The position numbers and the translations under genes were made by a program. The notes under the pieces are model-generated. The model saw only the letters and a program-made list of their open reading frames with translations. It was not told the DNA's origin and made no database searches. Shown here piece by piece: positions 38,636 to 43,729 of a stretch of 43,729 nt of DNA. This stretch comes from Campylobacterota bacterium (GTDB lineage Bacteria > Campylobacterota > Campylobacteria > Campylobacterales > Arcobacteraceae), in contig JBNJFB010000017.1 in NCBI GenBank assembly GCA_051746405.1, positions 1 through 43,729 of the forward strand, given 5' to 3'. How positions within the stretch are numbered: the stretch's first letter is position 1; each line of letters starts with the position of its first letter.

Positions 38636-39173
38636 AATACTACATGGATTAGGGGGAAGTGATTATCCCCATTGGCAAACAATGCTTGCTGCTGATTTAA
38701 TAAAACAGAATGCAACAGTATCATTTCCAGCCTTGCCTAAAAGAGATAACCCTAGCTTAAGTGAGTGGATAAAATGTCTTAAAAAAGAGATAGAGCATTT
38801 TAATCCAGATATAGTTATTTGCCACTCTTTAGCAAATATTTTATGGTTTCATACATGTGAGCAACTAGATATAGAGTTGGAAAAATTAATGTTAGTAGCA
38901 CCTGTTTCAAAAAATAGAGAAGTTGAAGCAGCGAAATCTTTCTATCCATATACCCCACCTAAAAACTTAAAAGCAAGAGATGTAATCATAATAGCATCCA
39001 CAAATGATCCATATATGAGTGAACAAGAGGCAATGAGTTTAAAAGAAGAGTTGCAAGTAGAAATAAAAATCATGAAAGATGCAGGGCATATAAATTCAAG
39101 TTCAGGATTTGGAAGTCATGATTTTGCACTTGAATGGCTAACAAAAGATGAAAATAGTAAAGGCTACCTTTAA
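38619..39173 (+). CDS. RBBP9/YdeN-family alpha/beta hydrolase
   Basis: LILHG.GG....HWQ, CHSLA, S.NDPY and AGHIN..SGFG. Confidence 0.88.
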   Translation: MNKKVLILHGLGGSDYPHWQTMLAADLIKQNATVSFPALPKRDNPSLSEWIKCLKKEIEHFNPDIVICHSLANILWFHTCEQLDIELEKLMLVAPVSKNREVEAAKSFYPYTPPKNLKARDVIIIASTNDPYMSEQEAMSLKEELQVEIKIMKDAGHINSSSGFGSHDFALEWLTKDENSKGYL

Positions 39174-40187
39174 ATGTCAAAGTCTCTAATTTTAAGTATA
39201 GAATCTAGTTGTGATGATAGCTCTATAGCTATTACAGATATAGAAACAAAAGAGCTAGTTTTTCATAAAAAAATATCTCAAGAACTGCAACATAGTGTAT
39301 ATGGTGGAGTAGTTCCTGAGTTAGCTGCAAGACTTCATGTGGAGGCTTTACCAAAAATATTACAAGAGTGTGAAGAGTATTTTCCTTTTTTAAAATCTAT
39401 TGCAGTTACAAATGCCCCAGGACTTTCTGTTACACTAATGGAAGGGGTAACTATGGCAAAAGCATTATCCCTTAGTTTAGATATTCCTTTAATTGCTGTA
39501 AATCATCTAAAAGGGCATATCTATTCACTATTTATTGAAAAAGAAGAGATTTTACCCATGACTGTTTTGCTTGTTTCAGGTGGACATACTCAAATAATAG
39601 AAGCAAAAAGTCTAAATGAAATGAATCTAATAGCTTCAACAATGGATGATTCTTTTGGTGAAAGTTTTGACAAGGTTGCTAAAATGCTAGGATTAGGTTA
39701 TCCAGGTGGGCCAATAGTTCAGCAGTATTCACAAAAAGGAAATAAAGATAGATTTGACTTTCCCGTACCACTTAAAAATAGTCCTAAAATCCAGTTTAGT
39801 TATAGTGGTTTAAAAAATGCAGTAAGAATGCAAATAGAGAAACTAGAAACAAAAGAAGATGGAATAACTCTACAAGATAAGTATGATGTATGTGCTTCCT
39901 TTCAGAAAGTAGCAGTTGCACATATTATGCAGAAATTAAAGAAGTATTTTAAAACAAACATAATTGAAAACTTTGCAATAGTTGGTGGGGCAAGTGCAAA
40001 TATATATTTAAGGCAAAATTTAGAAGAGCTATGTAAAAAAAATGGTGCTAAACTATTTTTAAGCCAATTAAAATATTGCTCAGATAATGCTGCAATGATA
40101 GGCAGAGTTGCTATTGAACAGCACAAAAACAGTGATTTCATCTCTTTAAAAGAGATTGATATACAAAGTAGAATAAAGGAGTTTTAA
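39174..40187 (+). CDS. tsaD: tRNA N6-threonylcarbamoyladenosine synthase
   Basis: [38 protein letters not shown] and DNAAMI. Confidence 0.96.
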   Translation: MSKSLILSIESSCDDSSIAITDIETKELVFHKKISQELQHSVYGGVVPELAARLHVEALPKILQECEEYFPFLKSIAVTNAPGLSVTLMEGVTMAKALSLSLDIPLIAVNHLKGHIYSLFIEKEEILPMTVLLVSGGHTQIIEAKSLNEMNLIASTMDDSFGESFDKVAKMLGLGYPGGPIVQQYSQKGNKDRFDFPVPLKNSPKIQFSYSGLKNAVRMQIEKLETKEDGITLQDKYDVCASFQKVAVAHIMQKLKKYFKTNIIENFAIVGGASANIYLRQNLEELCKKNGAKLFLSQLKYCSDNAAMIGRVAIEQHKNSDFISLKEIDIQSRIKEF

Positions 40188-40188
40188 T

Positions 40189-40536
40189 TTGAATTTAGCT
40201 GATAAATTAGCACAACAACTTGAATCTAATTTAGAAGGTGATAGCTTTGATACAAGTAAAAATGACAATAAAAATAAAAATAGTTCAACTAATCATATTA
40301 TTCCAAAAAAACAGCATCAATTAGTATTCACATATGAAAAAAGAAAAGGAAAACCAGTAACATTAGTGGGTAGATTCTACTTAGAAGATAAAGAAAAAAA
40401 AGAGATTCTAAAGCTTTTAAAGAAAAAATTAGCCTGTGGTGGTGCTATAAAAGAAGAGTGGATTGAAATACAAGGAAATGTAAAAGATAAGGTAAAAGAT
40501 ATTTTACAACAAGATAACTGGAAGTTTAAAAAGTAA
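40189..40536 (+). CDS. SUI1/YciH-family translation factor
   Basis: EKRKGKPVT.V, LKKKLACGG and IEIQG. Confidence 0.88.
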   Translation: MNLADKLAQQLESNLEGDSFDTSKNDNKNKNSSTNHIIPKKQHQLVFTYEKRKGKPVTLVGRFYLEDKEKKEILKLLKKKLACGGAIKEEWIEIQGNVKDKVKDILQQDNWKFKK

Positions 40537-40547
40537 AAGGAGTGTCC

Positions 40548-41933
40548 ATGCAAAGAGTTTTTGATGAGGTAGGTTCATTAGATAAAAGATGTTATGAAGA
40601 GTTTGCTTTAAGCGAAGATATTTTGATGGAACAAGCAGCTTCAAATATTTCAAACTATATTGAATCAAACTATTGCAATAATGAAAAGGTGGTAATCGTC
40701 TGTGGACTTGGAAATAATGGTGCAGATGGATTAGCTTTAGCAAGATTACTATATAAAAAATTTAATGTAAAAATATATTTAGTGGATGAACCAAAAAGTA
40801 AAATGGCTAAACTACAATATAGAAGAGTAAAAGCCTTAAATATAAAATTTACAAAAAAGATAAAACAGGCTGATATTATTGTGGATTGTATCTTTGGAAG
40901 TGGATTAAATAGACCCTTAAAAGATGATATAATACAGCTAATAGATATTATAAACTCAATACAAGCCTTTAAAATTGCATGTGATATTCCAACAGGTATT
41001 AACTATAAGGGACAAGTTCAAACAACTGCATTTAAAGCTGACTTAACTCTAACAATGGGTGCTTTAAAAAGTTGCCTATTTCTTGATGAAGCAAAAGAGT
41101 ATGTTGGAGATATTATTGTAGGAAATCTTGGCGTTCAAAGAGAGGTTTATGAAACAAAATCAAATATGTATTTACTTGATAAAGAGGATTTAAAATTACC
41201 TTTTAGAGAAGAAAAAAACTCTCATAAAGGAAGCTTTGGACACTTAAATGTAGTTGCAGGGTGTAAGAAAGGTGCAGGAATAATAGCAGCAAAAGCAGCT
41301 TTTGGTATAGGTGCAGGGCTAGTTACTGTTATATCCCATGAAGAGTTAGACTTACCATATCACATTATGCAAGCACATTTTATAGTAAATAATTGTACTG
41401 CAATAGCTATTGGAATGGGACTTGGAAAGTTTGAAGAAAAAGAGATTAAAAAAATATTATCACAAGAAATACCTATATTAATAGATGCAGATCTATTTTA
41501 TGAAAAGCTTATTTTAGATGTATTGCATAAAGATGTAGTTTTAACTCCTCATCCAAAAGAGTTTTGTTCATTATTAAAAATATGTGATATAGCCAATATA
41601 ACAATAGAAGAGCTTCAAAGCAATCGACTATATTATGTAAATAAGTTTATTAAAAAATATGATAAGCCAGTTTTATTACTAAAAGGAGCAAACGTAATTA
41701 TTGCCCAAAATGAGAGACTATTTATAAATGATAAAGGAAATTCAGTATTGAGTAAAGCAGGTAGTGGAGATGTTTTAAGTGGTTTAATAGCTTCATTATT
41801 AGCACAAGGGTATAATAGTTTGAATGCAGCTATTAGTGGAAGCTTAGCACATAGTTTAGCTGCAAGAAATTATTCAAAAAATGATTATTCGTTAATCCCA
41901 TCAGATTTAGTAGAAGAGGTTAGAAGACTATGA
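40548..41933 (+). CDS. nnr: bifunctional NAD(P)H-hydrate epimerase/dehydratase
   Basis: LMEQAA, GNNGADG, D.IFGSG, DIPTG, HKG.FG, TPHPKE and GSGDVL.G; AAGGAG RBS favours ATG 40548. Confidence 0.93.
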   Translation: MQRVFDEVGSLDKRCYEEFALSEDILMEQAASNISNYIESNYCNNEKVVIVCGLGNNGADGLALARLLYKKFNVKIYLVDEPKSKMAKLQYRRVKALNIKFTKKIKQADIIVDCIFGSGLNRPLKDDIIQLIDIINSIQAFKIACDIPTGINYKGQVQTTAFKADLTLTMGALKSCLFLDEAKEYVGDIIVGNLGVQREVYETKSNMYLLDKEDLKLPFREEKNSHKGSFGHLNVVAGCKKGAGIIAAKAAFGIGAGLVTVISHEELDLPYHIMQAHFIVNNCTAIAIGMGLGKFEEKEIKKILSQEIPILIDADLFYEKLILDVLHKDVVLTPHPKEFCSLLKICDIANITIEELQSNRLYYVNKFIKKYDKPVLLLKGANVIIAQNERLFINDKGNSVLSKAGSGDVLSGLIASLLAQGYNSLNAAISGSLAHSLAARNYSKNDYSLIPSDLVEEVRRL

Positions 41934-42238
41934 ATGCGATAATAGTACAAACAACTTGTAGTTCAAGAGTTGAAGCAAAGAATATTGCAAATGTTTTAGT
42001 AAAAGAGAATATGGCAGCTTGTGTGCAACTAAATGAAGTTGAGTCAGTTTATACCTGGAATGATGAGCTATGTTGTGATTATGAAACTTTACTAAACATT
42101 AAAACTACAAAAGAGAATTTTGAAAAGGTAAAAAGCATAATAAAAGAATTACATAGCTATGATGTTCCCGAAATAATTCAGTTAGATATTACAAACTCCA
42201 GTAAAAAATATCTAAAATTTATATGTGAGAGTTGTTAA
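41930..42238 (+). CDS. cutA: divalent-cation tolerance protein CutA
   Basis: AACVQ, S.Y.W, IKT and HSYDVPEI. Confidence 0.93.
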   Translation: MNAIIVQTTCSSRVEAKNIANVLVKENMAACVQLNEVESVYTWNDELCCDYETLLNIKTTKENFEKVKSIIKELHSYDVPEIIQLDITNSSKKYLKFICESC

Positions 42239-42274
42239 TATTAATATTTATAAATATATAAGGAAATCAAAAAG

Positions 42275-43057
42275 ATGAATAATGATATTTTAAAAATTGG
42301 AAAGTATGAGTTTAATAGTAGGCTAATAGTAGGCTCTGGAAAGTATGATAGTTTTCAAACAACAAAAGATGCAACATTAGCAAGTGGAAGTGAACTTATC
42401 ACAGTTGCAATAAGAAGAGTAAATATTACTAATCCAAATGAAGAGAATTTATTAGACTATTTTAAAGATACAAATGTAAAACTATTACCAAATAGTGCAG
42501 GATGTTTTACAGCTCAAGAAGCAATTACAACTTTTAGACTAATGAGAGAGGCAACAGGAATAGATTTAATAAAATTAGAAGTTATTGGTGATGCTAATAA
42601 AACACTATATCCAGATGTAATAGATACAATAAAAGCCTGTGAAACTCTTAAAAAAGAAGGTTTCACAATAATGGCATATACAAATGATGATCCAATTATT
42701 GCAAAAAAACTAGAAGATGCGGGTGCGGATGCTATTATGCCATTAGCTGCACCTATTGGCTCAGGACTTGGAATTCAAAACAGATATAATGTTGCATTTA
42801 TTAAAGACGCAGTAAAAGTTCCTGTAATAGTTGATGCAGGAGTTGGTTGTGCAAGTGATGCTGCAATTGCAATGGAGTTAGGCTCAGAAGCAGTATTAAC
42901 AAATACAGCTATTGCACAAGCAAAAGATCCAATAATGATGGCGGAAGCTATGAAACATGCAGTAAAAGCTGGAAGAATGTCATATAAAGCGGGAAGAATT
43001 CCGAAAAAACCTTATGCAACAGCAAGTTCTCCTGTGGATGGATTGATTCAATTTTAG
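42275..43057 (+). CDS. thiG: thiazole synthase
   Basis: [36 protein letters not shown] and VDAG.G. Confidence 0.97.
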   Translation: MNNDILKIGKYEFNSRLIVGSGKYDSFQTTKDATLASGSELITVAIRRVNITNPNEENLLDYFKDTNVKLLPNSAGCFTAQEAITTFRLMREATGIDLIKLEVIGDANKTLYPDVIDTIKACETLKKEGFTIMAYTNDDPIIAKKLEDAGADAIMPLAAPIGSGLGIQNRYNVAFIKDAVKVPVIVDAGVGCASDAAIAMELGSEAVLTNTAIAQAKDPIMMAEAMKHAVKAGRMSYKAGRIPKKPYATASSPVDGLIQF

Positions 43058-43090
43058 TAGTTGAAAGCATAGCTTTTAACTACTTTATTT
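43056..43090 (+). terminator. terminator after thiG
   Basis: AGTAGTTGAAAGC-ata-GCTTTTAACTACT followed by TTATTT. Confidence 0.75.
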
Positions 43091-43120
43091 CTTAAAATTT
43101 AAAAAAAACAAAAAATACCC

Positions 43121-43158
43121 TTGACAAAGTTAAAAAAATATAATATAATTCCGTCCAC
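43121..43158 (+). promoter_or_regulatory. sigma70 promoter of the tRNA cluster
   Basis: TTGACA (43121), 17 nt, TATAAT (43144), then TCCGTCCAC. Confidence 0.9.
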
Positions 43159-43191
43159 TTTTTGAGATATAAAACTCTTAAAAAGAGCTGT

Positions 43192-43269
43192 CGGGGCGTA
43201 GCGCAGTCTGGTTAGCGCACCTGGTTTGGGACCAGGGGGCCGGAGGTTCGAATCCTCTCGCCCCGACCA
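43192..43269 (+). tRNA. tRNA-Pro(TGG)
   Basis: Acceptor CGGGGCG/CGCCCCG, anticodon arm CCTGG-TT-TGG-GA-CCAGG, GGTTCGAATCC and encoded CCA. Confidence 0.97.
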
Positions 43270-43287
43270 TTTAAAATAAAAATATAT

Positions 43288-43365
43288 GGTAGGTATAGCT
43301 CAGTTGGTTAGAGCATCGGGTTGTGGTTCCGAGGGCCGTGGGTTCGAATCCCATTACTTACCCCA
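43288..43365 (+). tRNA. tRNA-His(GTG)
   Basis: G-1 and C discriminator, anticodon arm TCGGG-TT-GTG-GT-TCCGA, T-loop and CCA. Confidence 0.96.
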
Positions 43366-43376
43366 TTTATATATAT

Positions 43377-43453
<77 letters not shown>

Positions 43454-43679
43454 TGTAAAAAAATAAACCTTTAATCAATATTAAATCTAATTAACTTACT
43501 AACTAAACATCAAAGCAAATCATCCCCCACTTTTTTTTAATATATATACCTCAATCTTAATAAACCTAAAAAATAATTTCAAAATAATCCAAAAAAATCA
43601 ATAAACCCCAATAAAAAACAAGTAAACCCCAGAAAAAACAACAAATTAAAAAATTTAAGCTCTAATTTAGAAAATACTC

Positions 43680-43717
43680 TTGACAAAGCATTAATTTTTG
43701 TCTATAATTCCCGTCCA
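43680..43717 (+). promoter_or_regulatory. strong stable-RNA-type sigma70 promoter, probably for an rRNA operon beyond the window
   Basis: TTGACA (43680), 17 nt, TATAAT (43703), then TCCCGTCCA; same design as the tRNA promoter, with A-tracts upstream. Confidence 0.85.
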
Positions 43718-43729
43718 AATTCACAGAGA

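Noticed and set aside
4313..40743. Many short antisense or overlapping ORFs in the track (e.g. 4313-4723, 16713-17150, 26960-27334, 28558-28983, 30832-31164, 37321-37812)
   Set aside because: They lie opposite well-supported genes and show no RBS or motifs. The two similar ones inside the sqr genes only mirror the paralogy.
42239..42274. TPP riboswitch before thiG
   Set aside because: The spacer is only 36 nt and has no CTGAGA core.

Overview
Very AT-rich chromosomal segment of a Campylobacterota bacterium, most likely Arcobacteraceae (inferred from gene content and protein style). It is mostly housekeeping: luxS, a four-subunit pyruvate:ferredoxin oxidoreductase operon (porGDAB), rplM-rpsI, a full phosphate locus (pstS, EAL/GGDEF gene, pstCAB, phoU, PhoB/PhoR-like pair), prfA, rpsT, glmM-lspA, leuC-mobA, thrS-infC-rpmI-rplT, an NFACT gene, cdsA-dxr...tsaD-SUI1-nnr-cutA-thiG, three tRNAs (Pro, His, Arg) and a final stable-RNA-type promoter, probably for an rRNA operon. 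The best candidate accessory system is a sulfur module of two tandem Tat-exported type II-like sulfide:quinone oxidoreductases plus a three-rhodanese-domain lipoprotein. Non-coding signals include a candidate Pho box (GTAAC-N6-GTAAC exactly 10 nt before a -10) at pstS and pstC, with a near match at the second sqr; an 86-nt near-identical patch shared by the sqr paralogues; 30-bp direct repeats bracketing a DUF1566 gene; a GC-rich hairpin at base 1 that may be an IS end interrupting a gene; and several structured intergenic regions. I saw no CRISPR array, prophage, transposase or reverse transcriptase. All family calls come from motif recognition by eye, not from database searches.
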